Source: Octopus sinensis
Lineage: Eukaryota
Length of the DNA: 64,000 nucleotides
Direction: 5' to 3'
Assembly (NCBI RefSeq): GCF_006345805.1
Contig: NC_042998.1
Location: forward strand, 205,778,001-205,842,000
Under the pieces are notes generated by a model. That model was not told the origin of the DNA. It worked only from the letters and a program-made list of their open reading frames with translations, and did no database searches. Every line of letters starts with the position of its first letter. The stretch's first letter is position 1. This document shows positions 1-10,886 of the stretch, piece by piece. Both the position numbers and the translations under genes were made by a program.

Positions 1-1341
1 TGTGGCAGAAAGTCTGATCAAGCAAAACGTCCAATCTGGGCTGAAATTTAAACTTCTTATTCACAAATTCCACAGAACTTTGAAACCTCACAAACAGGAA
101 ATCTCTCACTCTAACTTGGATCTAGTTTTAAATGAACTGAATTGAAAATATTTCTTGAACTCACAAAGTTTTGGTATTAACTTGAAAAAGTTTTCATCAG
201 TTTTCTGACAGACAGACAGACAATGTCGTGTTTATTATCATAGCTAAGGGAGATAACTCTTGTAAACCTCTCACTGATTTAGAGTTAATGTGAGTTTCTG
301 AAGTTCCATGGTGTGAATTGCAGAATTTCATTTTATTTCTTACTCTTGTAGAAAATGCCTTGGAAAGGTTCTAAGACCAGAGGTCTTAGGAAAAGAGAGA
401 AAAGAGCAGCAGAGACATCAGAGGAGGCACAAGCAAGGAGAGAAGCAGATGCAGCAGGGAAGGACTGCAGATGGCAGTCAGACACACACCTAGGACATCA
501 AGCACATATCACATGTGAACATGTTTATCACATAAATGATGGCTCTCTTGAAACAGCTGTTGAAATAAGACTACATAATTCTGTTCTTTTTTTTCTTTTT
601 AATCTGTACTTTGTGCTCCATGTCATAACATGCCTCAAGCTGACATTTGTTTACCTTACATATATGTCTATAATAATAAAAGTGGAATTCTGTCTGTCCA
701 TGTGGGACCCCTGTATCTCAGTCTACATTTGCTCTACATAGACATATACCTTTTTAGAATCAGGATGATCCTGGGATTGGAAATCTTCCTTTCATTTGGT
801 TCTTGGACATCCAGCATTGGGATCTGATGTAAGAGCATTTAGGTTGCTATCTCTAGCAGGTAAAGCAACAGTGAGAGGTTTCAAATGGAGGATAGAGCAG
901 AGTGGAAAATTGTGGTCAGAGAGTAGTGAGGTAGTAAAAGAAAAAAGATACAATGAATAAAAGATAATTTTAGCTAAAACAAGGAAAAATTATAATGATT
1001 TTACATAATGAGCAAAGGCACTGTAGAATTTGTATCTACAAGCAAAGATTACACCAGAGAACCAATTAAATAAAGAGGTCACATTTTGACATAGCATAGT
1101 GAGTGACTCCCAATAACCTAATTTAGATGTGATTATTTGCATTGTAGGGGTGTTTAACCACAAATTATAGGCCAAAAGGTATAAGGTGCACCCTGAGTCT
1201 TGAAAGACAGTGTATGTAGGTGGCAAAGAAAGATTATTTTGAAGCTCTATTTAAGAAGCCCAAGCATGCAAAGCAGCATCACTTGAAGTCAGTCACATCT
1301 CCAATGTACACCCAAACCTGTGATTGTACATTTATACATAA

Positions 1342-1854
1342 CTAGCAGTATCGCCCAGCGTTGCTCGGGTTTGTAAGGGAAATAACTATATAAGCATTTT
1401 TAGAGAGTTACTTCCCTTATAGATGCCAATTCGGGCTTTCTTAGCCATTTCTGTTTTGGTGTCTTCAAGCCATGAAGTCGTTGTTCTAAAAGAACACTGG
1501 TCTCCTTGACAACACTTTACGACGTTGATTTCCTTACACTCCCTTCCCCACAGCTTCACGAGGGAGGGAAGAAGGGGGAGAAGCAAACAGGTGCAGGTGT
1601 GACCATGGACGCCAACTCTGCCGCCATCGACACACGAAAAATTATGCATTAAAATGGAATAAAAAATTATGTTAAATTATTTTAAAAATCGTAGACTCAT
1701 CGTAGACGCGCGCTAATACTCAGACGGGCTCAATATGAATCACGACTATAAGATACCCAAATTTGGTTAAACTGCACCGCAAAATGTGGGAGTAGTTAGG
1801 AATTTAAATCGAAGGGGACAGACACTCACACAACTACAGTTTTATATATATAGA
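1342..1854 (-). mobile_element. Non-autonomous Helitron, apparently complete (513 bp)
   Basis: On the minus strand it starts A|TCTATATATATAAAACTG at 1854. It ends with a 16-nt GC-rich hairpin CCCGAGCAACGCTGGG (1369-1354), an 8-nt spacer and CTAG|T at 1342. Inserted between A and T with no TSD; no Rep/helicase ORF. Confidence 0.85.
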
Positions 1855-2507
1855 TTATAATGTGGGCATTAGCTATTCAAAGGACAATTTTCAGAAACTC
1901 AACAATTACAAGTTTTCCTACCACAGGTTGATGGGGGCATCCTAAATATCTTACTGTGATTTATATTGTCACTCATCATAGATAGAAAGAAAGGTATTAG
2001 CATCACTCCTGTTAAGGTGGGAGGTTTTGCATGGTTAGGGAGAAGTCAGGCTTATGATTATTGTTAATAGGTGGAGCTAGTCCACCAAGGTTGTTATGGA
2101 TGGTATTAATTCCAGAACCCAAACAATTTGCACTAAGAAAATCCACATTTTCCAAGTTGACAGTAAAGTCTACAACATTACAGGTTCGGTTGGATGATGC
2201 AACAGCAATAGAGGGATTCAAAAACAAATGTTGGATTAAAGTGTCCCTAAGGGTTATCAGAGTCGGGGGGATAATGTTTCAGATTCACCTCACTGTAGTT
2301 ACTGCTCCTAAAGATGCTACTTTGAAGGGTGTTAGTGGTGTTCAGGTGATTGCTGAGGTAAATGGTGGGATTGTCCAAGATTATGATGTTACCTTTAAAA
2401 TGGTTAAGGTGGAAGCTCAGCGGGTGATTCTAAGGGCCTGTGATTAGGGGGCCAAGCTTATGTTTATTAGAAGTGGAAAGTATAGACCTTAGGTTATGGA
2501 TGTGGAG

Positions 2508-3660
2508 TCATCATCCTCATCATCATCGTTTAACAGCCGCTTTCCATGCTGGCATGTGTTGGGCGGTTTGACTGAAAAGTGGTAAACTGGGGGGATACAA
2601 TCTGATTTGGCAAGGTTTCTATGGCTGGATGCCCTTCCTAACGCCAGCCACTCCATAAGTGTAGTGGGTATTTTTTCACCAGCACAGTTGCCATTGACCT
2701 GACACCGGCATTGGCCACAGCTACTGTCTCACTTGGCTTCACAGATCAGCACAAGCACAGCATATATTGCCAAGGGTCTTTGTCACTTTTCACTGCCTCC
2801 ATCAGGCCCAATGCTCAAACGGTGCTTTTTACATGCCACCGGCACTGGCATCAGGCATGACTACGATTTCACTTGGTTCGACAGGTCTTCACAAGCACAC
2901 AACACTGGCATTGGCTACAACTATGAACTCACTAGGCTTTGGCTACAACTATGAACTCACTTGGCTTGACCTCACTGCCTTCACAAGGCCCAACGTATAA
3001 TTGGTGCTTTTTATGTGTCACTGGCACAGGTGCCAATCAGATGGCACTGGTATCAGCCATGACTATGATTTCACCTGCTTCAACAAGTCTTCACAAGCAC
3101 AGCATAACACCCAATGATTAAAGGCTGCTTTTAACAAGCCAGTTATGTGACACTGGCATCAGCCATGATGATGATCTCACTTGGCTTGATGGGTCTCCTC
3201 TAGCATGGCATATCTCCAAAGGTCTGAGTTGCTTGTCATTGCCTCTGTGAAACCCAACATTCAAAGGTTGTGCTTCACCACTTCATCCCATGTCTTCCTG
3301 GATCTATCTCTTCTACAGGTTCCCTCCACAGAGTGCAACACTTTTTCACACAGCTCTCCTCATCCATATGCATCACATGACCATACCAGCACAGTTGTCT
3401 CTCTTGCACACGACATCTGATGCTTTTTATGCTTAACTTTTCTCTCAGGGTGCTTACACCCTGTCGAGTATGCACACTGACATTATACATCCAGCGGAGC
3501 ATACTAGCTTCATTTCTTATAAACCTATGCATGCCCTCAGCAGTCACAGCCCATATTTCATTGCTGTGTAACATGGCTGTTCACACACACACGCATCATA
3601 CAATCTGCTTTCACTCTGAGGGAGAGTCCCAACCTATTCTTATTCTAGCAGCTATGCTTT
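2508..3660 (-). mobile_element. RTE-clade LINE, 5'-truncated 3' fragment (degenerate RT C-terminus plus 3' UTR)
   Basis: (CAT)n tail at 2508-2526 and the family 3' UTR. ORF 3275..3574 (LHSNEIWAVT..LRWMYNV..CRVQERQLCWYGHVMHM) matches the RTE ORF end seen in other copies. Confidence 0.85.
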
Positions 3661-3665
3661 TAAAG

Positions 3666-5270
3666 TACTAGAAAAATACGGCAATCCATTCTCCTTCTAC
3701 ATAGAAAATAACTGGAAGAGATACCTGGATGACTGTTTCATTCTTTGGCATGAAAGTATAGAGAGACTTAAAGAATTTCAAGCTCTTATAAATGGATTTG
3801 ATGTAAACATTCAATTCACGATGGAATATAGCTATCAAGAACTTCCTTTCCTCAACAACCTCATTAAGAAATCTAATAACGAAATAGAAACAGATATATA
3901 CTATAAGCCAACGGACTCCTAGCAATATCTGCCATTCAACTCATGCCACCCCAGACACACTAGAACTAATATCCCTTTCAACCTAGCAAAAAGGATTTGT
4001 ACTATAGTTTCTAAATCAAGCACCAGGGACACATGACTACATGAACTAAAGGATACACTCATTACCAGCAACTACCCACTTTCAACGTGCCCTACAACTC
4101 AATATCCACAAACTTAGACAACCCAAATTAAAGGGATTTACAACCAAAAGCCCTACCATACATCTCCACACATAACCTTCTTAACAATGAAGCCTTTGAC
4201 ACCATCCTCCAAAACATTCCCCTACTAAAAAGGGACCACAAAATGAATTTAATTTTCCAAATGCACACCATCATAAAAAGCAAGATACAGCCTAAATCTA
4301 TGAAAACTCTCCTAACACAAGCCCGAGTATGCTCAACAACAACACTGAAGCCGTCAGTAAAAAAAATGTGGAAGACCTAACTGTGGTATATGCATCAATC
4401 TAATTGAGGGATCAGAGTTCTCTTTCAAACAGGGTCAACATTTCACAGTGAAAAGCAACTGCACATGTGCTTTGGAGAACCTGACATACATATTAACCTG
4501 CTCTCGGAATCGAGACCAATACATAGACCAAACCAAAAACAGTCTACATCAAAGGATGGCTCTGCACAGGTCCCAGATCAAAATTCAGAAAAAACAGAAA
4601 AATAGCATTCAGCAAACATATCGACATTTGCACCAATAACAAACAACCAAGCTTCAGAATCTTTACCCTCTATCAATTCAGGGACAATACAAAATACCAA
4701 CCCCTTTTGAATGCATCCACAGTAAATGACACTGTCACTAGGGCCTTAGAATAACACCCACACAAATATTAAAAATGATATATTCAAAACAGTTGCCTCA
4801 AGAATTTATTCAGAATGATTTCAATCACTACTATCATCCTCAACCAGTCCCTTTTCGGTCACTTGACCATTCAAGTGGATTCTATCACATCCTGCTGTCA
4901 TACCACTCCCGCATTCTTTTCTTCTTCATCTTCTCCACTGCCTCCTTTCTCTACTACTACTACTACTACTACTACTGCTGCTGCTGCTTAATCAATCAAA
5001 GACAAAAATTCATATCAAACTAGCTGCTGCTAACTACCTAGAACCCACAAGAGTTAAAAGGGAAGACAGAGACAGATAGAAAAAAGGAAAATCTCCCTAG
5101 CATTTGAAAACTATGGAAATATATATTTAAAAAAAAAACATTTCATTTCATTTTTCCACAATTTAATTGTTTTTCAAGTTGAAAAAGTCACAGTGACTGA
5201 AACCTGTACCAAAATGTTCTTCATGATTAAATTATTTTAGCATTTTCTAACCTTGTCTTATTTTCCTTAT
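3666..5270 (+). mobile_element. Penelope-like retroelement fragment (RT C-terminal half, GIY-YIG endonuclease, 3' region), disrupted
   Basis: Manual translation from ~3700: YIENNWKRYLDDCFILW..IQFTMEYS..ELPFL..ETDIYYKPTDS*QYLPFNSCHPRHTRTNIPFNLAKRIC. Near 4370-4560: KCGRPNCGIC..NLTYILTC..QYIDQT..LHQRMALHRSQI. This is the typical PLE RT plus GIY-YIG layout, with stops and frameshifts. The 3' boundary is approximate. Confidence 0.85.
4951..4986 (+). repeat. Compound microsatellite (CTA)8(CTG)4
   Basis: Read directly from the sequence. Confidence 0.95.
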
Positions 5271-5327
5271 ACATATCAACTCATGTGTTCTTTTTCAACC
5301 TTCTACGCACACACACACACATATGTC

Positions 5328-5690
5328 CTCTTACTTGTTTCAGTCATTGATTGTGGCCATGCTGGTGCATTGGCTTCAAGAGTTTTTAGCTGAACAAATC
5401 AAAACCTCAGCACTTGCTTTCAAAAACTACTCATTTCATTGATCACTTTTGGTAATCAACAACATTACAAGCATAAACAAACCAACACCAGTTGTCAGGT
5501 GGTGATAGCAAACACAAACACACATACAGAATGGTTCCACACAGTTTCCATCTGCCAAATCCACTCACAAGGTATAGGTTGGCCTGGGGCTAGAAGACAC
5601 TTGCCTTAGGTGGTGTACAAAGGGGCTGAACCCTAAACCACAAGGCTAAAAAGCAAGCTTCTTACTTCTTAACCACACAGCCATGTCTAT
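5328..5690 (-). mobile_element. tRNA-derived SINE (family A), degenerate
   Basis: Reverse-complement similarity to the well-preserved copy at 10175-10563. Confidence 0.7.
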
Positions 5691-5788
5691 ACAAACATCG
5701 TGTGTGTGTGTGTGTGTAGTAAAATAAAAAGAAAGTTCTTGGTACAGTATTATATATTTGCAACAATGCGTAGAGATGGTTTTTAGGG

Positions 5789-6330
5789 GATAACTTTTAT
5801 TTTAATAATATTGTTGTCTACATTGAGTGACTCTGGTATGAGTTTGAAGCTTCAAAAAGTTGTGTTCAAACTGAACAATCTATGTTTTACTGGTTACTTA
5901 GATAGCAAAACAAAATTTCTTACAATGATGATGATATACACAAAAAAATATATATATATACACAAAAAAGGGAAATATATTTTTTTTTAAATACAAAAGC
6001 ATGTGTGTATATGAAGAAGGAAGAACAAAAAGAAGGAAGAAAGGTGAAGGATAAGAAGAAAGAAAGAAGGCGAAGTACAAGAAGGAAGAAAGAAAGCAAA
6101 GAAGTGGGGGGGAGAATAATAAGTAAATGAAAGAAAGATAAAAATAAAGATAAGAATAAAATTCTAGTAATTGAGAAGGGATGGAGAAGAAGAGTTAAGT
6201 TCATCAAGAATAAGGAAATGGAATATTTTGGAATGGTTAATAGTGTTGTGAATTGTCAAAAGATGACCAGTGGGGGGAAACCTACTGATTTGAGGTCACC
6301 TATTCAGTTCTTCACATGATATGGTGTGTG
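5789..6330 (-). repeat. Dispersed repeat, inverted copy of 16905-17332 (unclassified, possibly a retroelement 3' end)
   Basis: The reverse complement shares long collinear blocks with the other copy: GTGACCTCAAATCAGTAGG, CCACTGGTCATCTTTTGACAATTCACAACA, TATACACACATGCTTTTGTATT, AAACTCATACCAGAGTCA. Confidence 0.8.
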
Positions 6331-6339
6331 TGTGTATAG

Positions 6340-7104
6340 ACACCTGTCTGTGTTCGGATTGTCCTTGCACAGGGGCCATCCGGAATCCTGTTTGTGCTGT
6401 GAACAGGGATTAATCTTCTCTCTTTGCTCCTTTGCGCCACATAGTCTCAACTCTCCTCCCCTCTCTCCCCTTCATACCTACTTCCTCCCACCCACCTATC
6501 CTCTCTTGCTCTGACTCCTACTCTCCTACCCACCGTCTCCTTCTCCCTTCATCGTCACCCCTCCCTTGTAAACCCACCCACCCCTACACATTCCCCATTC
6601 CTTACATCCACTCCCACATACACCACCCTCCACCAACCCACATATTCCACCTCTACTCCCACCCTTGCTTTCCCCACTCTCACCTCCCAACACCATCACA
6701 CCCCTATACCACCATACCACACAACACAACACACATCAGTACTGACCACTTCCCAGAGCCACATTTTCACACATACACACATCAAGATCACCAGCCCTCT
6801 TCCACATGCACATACAAACTCTCTTATACACACGCACGTGCACCTTCATTTTGGAATCATCACTACTTTATTATCTCCCCTTCTCCCTTGCTCTCCTGTG
6901 TGACCCTTCTGTCCGGCATTCGCCATGATAGCTCGCTAGCCACTACACATTCTTTATTTTCTCTCCTTGTTTTTGTTTGTGTTCCTTTCTGTGGAAGAGC
7001 GTAGGCTCAAAACATTAAATACTTTTTCACTTCCCGAGCATTATACTAATACATTTGTTTGTTGTCTACACCACCTATCTGTCTTTTGCTTTTTTGTGAA
7101 ATCT

Positions 7105-7105
<1 letters not shown>
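6340..7105 (+). mobile_element. Pyrimidine-rich element, possibly a Penelope-type 3' portion, ending in a hammerhead-like motif
   Basis: Low-complexity C/T-rich body. The motif CTGTGGA-A-GAGC[GTAG]GCTC-AAAACATTA lies at 6989-7017. Classification is tentative. Confidence 0.4.

Positions 7106-7107
<2 letters not shown>

Positions 7108-7149
<42 letters not shown>
7108..7149. repeat. (TA)n microsatellite; a second tract lies at 7303-7345
   Basis: Read directly from the sequence. Confidence 0.95.
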
Positions 7150-7153
<4 letters not shown>

Positions 7154-7300
7154 ATGTTACATTACTCGGTAGTCAAGATAAAACTCTGAGTTTCAGATGC
7201 CGAAGTGGAAATCCACAACACCATCTCTTCGGTTATCTGGCTTCCTCTATTTACATAATATTGAGGTCTCTTTCTTTCTTTTGTTATCTTACCGTTTTAT

Positions 7301-7345
<45 letters not shown>

Positions 7346-7348
<3 letters not shown>

Positions 7349-7685
7349 GGGTTGGACAAAATAATGGAAACACATAGCATCATAATTTTGAAGTATCTAT
7401 AAAACCATCAAACGCTTATTTTTATGTTTTTTTATTTATTATTAGTGTTGCTTAATATGTTTTGCTAAAATTGCTGTTTCTTTTCAGATATCATCAGAAA
7501 AAGGTAATTAAAATTCATTAAAATGACAGATCTATTAGACTTTCAAAGAGGTCAAATTGTTAGTGCTTGTATGGCAGGTGCTAGCATACTAAAAACAGCT
7601 GAAAAGTTTGGTGTATCAAGAAGTACTGTCTTGAAAGTGATGACAGACTTTGAGAAAGAGGGAAAAACCTCGTTGAACAAGACTG
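7346..7685 (+). mobile_element. Tc1-like DNA transposon, 5' fragment
   Basis: TA|CAGGGGTTGGACAAAATAATGGAAAC terminus after (TA)n. From ATG 7523 it reads MTDLLDFQRGQIVSACMAGASILKTAEKFGVSRSTVLKVMTDFEKEGK (paired-like HTH), truncated by an RTE fragment. Confidence 0.8.
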
Positions 7686-7689
7686 CCAG

Positions 7690-8385
7690 AGTTCTATGAT
7701 GCAAATGATCTCATAATCTGCAACACTAATTCAAAAAAACCAGCCACCTAATCACTAATAAGTCTGGGGAGCACATAAGCCAGATTGACTCCCTCTGCAC
7801 CAGGCAATGAGATAGATGGATGCTTAAAAATACAAAGTCTTCCCCAGGAGAAGAGTGTAAAACCGAACATAGGTCACTAGTTAGTGACTTCAGATTTAGA
7901 GCTAGAAAGACTCAAAGAAGTAAACCAATCTGGAAAAGAAGACTATGGAAGCTCAACAACCCAGCAAACAGACAAAAATTTAGAGATTTACTTATGCAAG
8001 CTTCTGATGAAAGAGAGGAAGAGTTGAGGACACACAGCTTAGAGGACACTTGGAAGTTCCTGTGGGACAACCTACTGAGAGCTACAGACGAAATCTGTGG
8101 TTGGTGCAGATTCCCAGCTAGACCAAGGGTGACATGGTGGTGGAGCAAGGAGGTTGACAGCATTATAAAAGCCAAAAGACAGGCCTGGAAAGATTGGAGA
8201 AACAGTGAAAGCAGAGAATTATATCAGGTAGCCAAAAGGGCAGGTAGGCGTCAGGTATACATAGCAAAAGGAGTACCTGAAGGAAAGAGATTTGCAAATC
8301 TTCTACATCATTAGAATCAGAGGCGTGAGTTGTTTAGGATTGCAAATCAGTGTACCAGAGAAAATCAAGATATGGCAGGTGAGTA
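7690..8385 (+). mobile_element. RTE LINE internal fragment (end of AP endonuclease and linker)
   Basis: ORF 7820..8314 (PGEECKTEHRSLVSDF..WKLNNP..ICGW..TWWWSKEVDSIIKAKRQAWKDW) is typical of the RTE EN-RT linker. Confidence 0.8.
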
Positions 8386-8394
8386 ATGTATCAT

Positions 8395-9575
8395 CATCAT
8401 CATCATTAATTAATGTCTATTTTCCATGCTGGCATGGGTTGGACTGTTTGACTGGGGACTGGCAGGTCAGGACGCTGCACCAGACTTCAATCTGATCTGG
8501 CAATGTTTCTACAGATGAATTCCCTTCCTAACGCCAACCTCTCCAAGTGTAGTGGGTGCTTTTTACGTGCCACCGGCAAGGGGCGGCCAGTCTGGTCGCA
8601 CTGGAATTGGCCACGTTTGGATGGTGATTTTTACGTGCTACCAGCACAGGAGCCAGTCTGCTGGGGGGGGGGGTGCTAGCATCGCCCACATTTAAATGGT
8701 GCTTTTTATGTGCCACCAGCATGTGGAGCCAGTCAGGTGGGACTGGCAACAACCCATGCATGAATAGTGCTAATTGCATGCCACCAGCACGGGAGCCAGT
8801 CAGGTGGGACTGGCATCAGCCACAACTACAATTTCCATTTTGGTTTTACTTGACTCAGTGGGTCTCCTCCAGCATGGGGGGGTCACCCAACAATTCAAAG
8901 CTACTTTTTTAAATGGGCTGGTTATGCAACACTGGTATAGGCTACAGCTGTGATCTCACTTTACTTGCCAGGTCTTCTCAAGCACAGCATATCTCCAGAG
9001 GTCTCGGTTTCTCGTCATTGCCTCTACCCATGTCTTCCTGGGTCTCCTTCTTCCACGAGTTCATTCGACTGTTAGGGAATGACACTTCTTCACATATCTC
9101 TCCTCATCCATACGCAGCACATGACCATACCAGTTCAGTCGTCTCTCTTGCACACCACATCTGATGCCTCTTAACTTTTCTCTCAAGATGCTTACACTCT
9201 TGTACACGCACACTGACATTGCACATCCAGCAAAGCATACTGGCTCCATTTCTTTCAAGCCTATGCATGTCTTCGGCTGTCACAGCCCATGTTTCACTGC
9301 CATGTAGCATGGCTGTTCACACACAGGCATCATAAAATCTGCCTTTCACTCTGAGAGAGAGGCCCTTTGTCCCCAGCAGAAGTAGAAGCTTTCTGAACTT
9401 TGCCCAGGCTATTCTTATTCTAGTGGCAACACTCTCAAGAGCATCCACCCCCACTACAGACTTGGTTGCCTAAGTAGTGGAAGCTATCAACTATTTCTAG
9501 TTTCTATCCCTGGCACGTGATGGAATCTGTTTTCTGAGCATCTTCAGTGTTTATTGCCTGTGCATCTGCCGCACA
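8395..9575 (-). mobile_element. RTE LINE 3' fragment
   Basis: (CAT)n tail at ~8395, repeated TGGTGCTTTTTACGTGCC UTR units, and ORF 9104..9310 (MLHGSETWAVTAEDMHRLERN). Confidence 0.85.
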
Positions 9576-9911
9576 CAAAAGCTATCATCTTGATTAGCCT
9601 TCCTTGAAATAATGCCACAAAATGCAGTATATTTAAGAGACCAAAAAAGTAAGATGCAAAAGAGATATTTTCTTAAAACTTGGCATGAAGGAAGGAAAGA
9701 CTATTTGGTTTCTTAAGTTTTTTTTTGCCTTAACTTCGTTTAACAAAACCAAAAATTTTATTGAAATAAAGGCATGCTTAATTATTTTTTAATGAAAAGT
9801 TTTGAGAAAATTTGGTTAAAATATTTGACAACTCAGCACCGTCCATTGAACAGGGGATGTAGGGGTTTGCTCGTATATATATATATATATATATATATAC
9901 ATACACACATT

Positions 9912-10029
9912 TTGTTATATTTCGGAATGGTCATATTGCCAGTTTAGCCAATAAAAACACACGCACTATATATAGTGCGTGTGTTTTTATTGGCTAAACT
10001 GGCAAAATGACCATTCCGAAATATAACAA
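9912..10029. repeat. Near-perfect 118-bp palindrome (59-bp arms, no spacer, 1 mismatch)
   Basis: The left arm TTGTTATATTTCGGAATGGTCATATTGCCAGTTTAGCCAATAAAAACACACGCACTATA is followed directly by its reverse complement. Centre 9970/9971. Confidence 0.95.
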
Positions 10030-10174
10030 TATCTGTTTCAACACACGACTTCACATAAAAAAAAAAATCTTGCACAACAAATATTTAAACGTACATACAC
10101 GCACATATATAGATACACATATATACACACACACACACATATACATGTGTGTGTGTATACATACATATATCATA

Positions 10175-10563
10175 GGCGCAGGAGTGGCTGTGTGGTAAGT
10201 AGCTTGCTAAACAACCACATGGTTCCGGGTTCAGTCCCACTGCGTGGCATCTTGGGCAAGTGTCTTCTGCTATAGCCCCGGGCCAACCAATGCCTTGTGA
10301 GTGGATTTGGTAGACGGAAACTGAAAGAAGCCTGTCGTATATATGTATATATATATAAGTGTGTGTGTCTGTGTTTGTCCCCCTAGCATTGCTTGACAAC
10401 CGATGCTGGTTTATGTCCCCGTCACTTAGCGGTTCGGCAAAAGAGGCCGATAGAATAAGTACTGGGCTTACAAAGAATAAGTCCTGGGGTCGATTTGCTC
10501 GACTAAAGGCGGTGCTCCAGCATGGCCGCAGTCAAATGACTGAAACAAGTAAAAGAGAAAGAG
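10175..10563 (+). mobile_element. tRNA-derived SINE (family A), well preserved
   Basis: Head GGCGCAGGAGTGGCTGTGTGGTAAG with B-box-like GGTTCAGTCCC, CORE-like GCATCTTGGGCAAGTGTCTT, an internal AT/GT microsatellite and a GTAAAAGAG tail. Many copies occur in the window. Confidence 0.9.
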
Positions 10564-10886
10564 ATATATAGCTGAAGGATTAAAATGAATAAAACGACAT
10601 ACTAAGTATGCCTACCTGCTGGACATATCAGTGAAACCTCTTATTTAAATAGCCAAAATATTTTTATCAAAAAGCAGCAAAAATATCACAAAATTGTTAC
10701 TCAGAGTTTCACGTTCCCATTCATGCTTTTCGTGCTCCTGAAAGAACCAAGAGGGATTCCCTAAATTGACGAAAAATCTACTAAAACTGACAAAAAACGT
10801 AGTACTTGTTATTTCATAATGGTCTACTATAATATAATGGTAAAAAAATGAATATATTACACAAAAAGTTTAATACCTTACATTAA

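Noticed and set aside
355-741. 128-aa ORF with a charged N-terminus after an AG-ATG context
   Set aside because: The first ~40 aa look helical and charged, but I recognize no family and the rest is compositionally random. An exon or TE ORF start cannot be supported without a database search.
2061-2447. 128-aa ORF
   Set aside because: No recognizable motif. Its end resembles the reverse complement of sequence in the Penelope 3' region (~4735-4760), suggesting a decayed repeat.
6432-7004. 190-aa His/Pro-rich ORF (and similarly 33515..34150)
   Set aside because: A by-product of pyrimidine/C-rich composition; no recognizable family or splice support.
7690-9575. Twin-priming 5' inversion of a single RTE
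   Set aside because: The 3' tail is at the internal junction rather than the outer end, which fits two separate insertions better.
10175-10250. tRNA gene
   Set aside because: It has A/B-box-like motifs but no cloverleaf, and it is the head of a multi-copy SINE.
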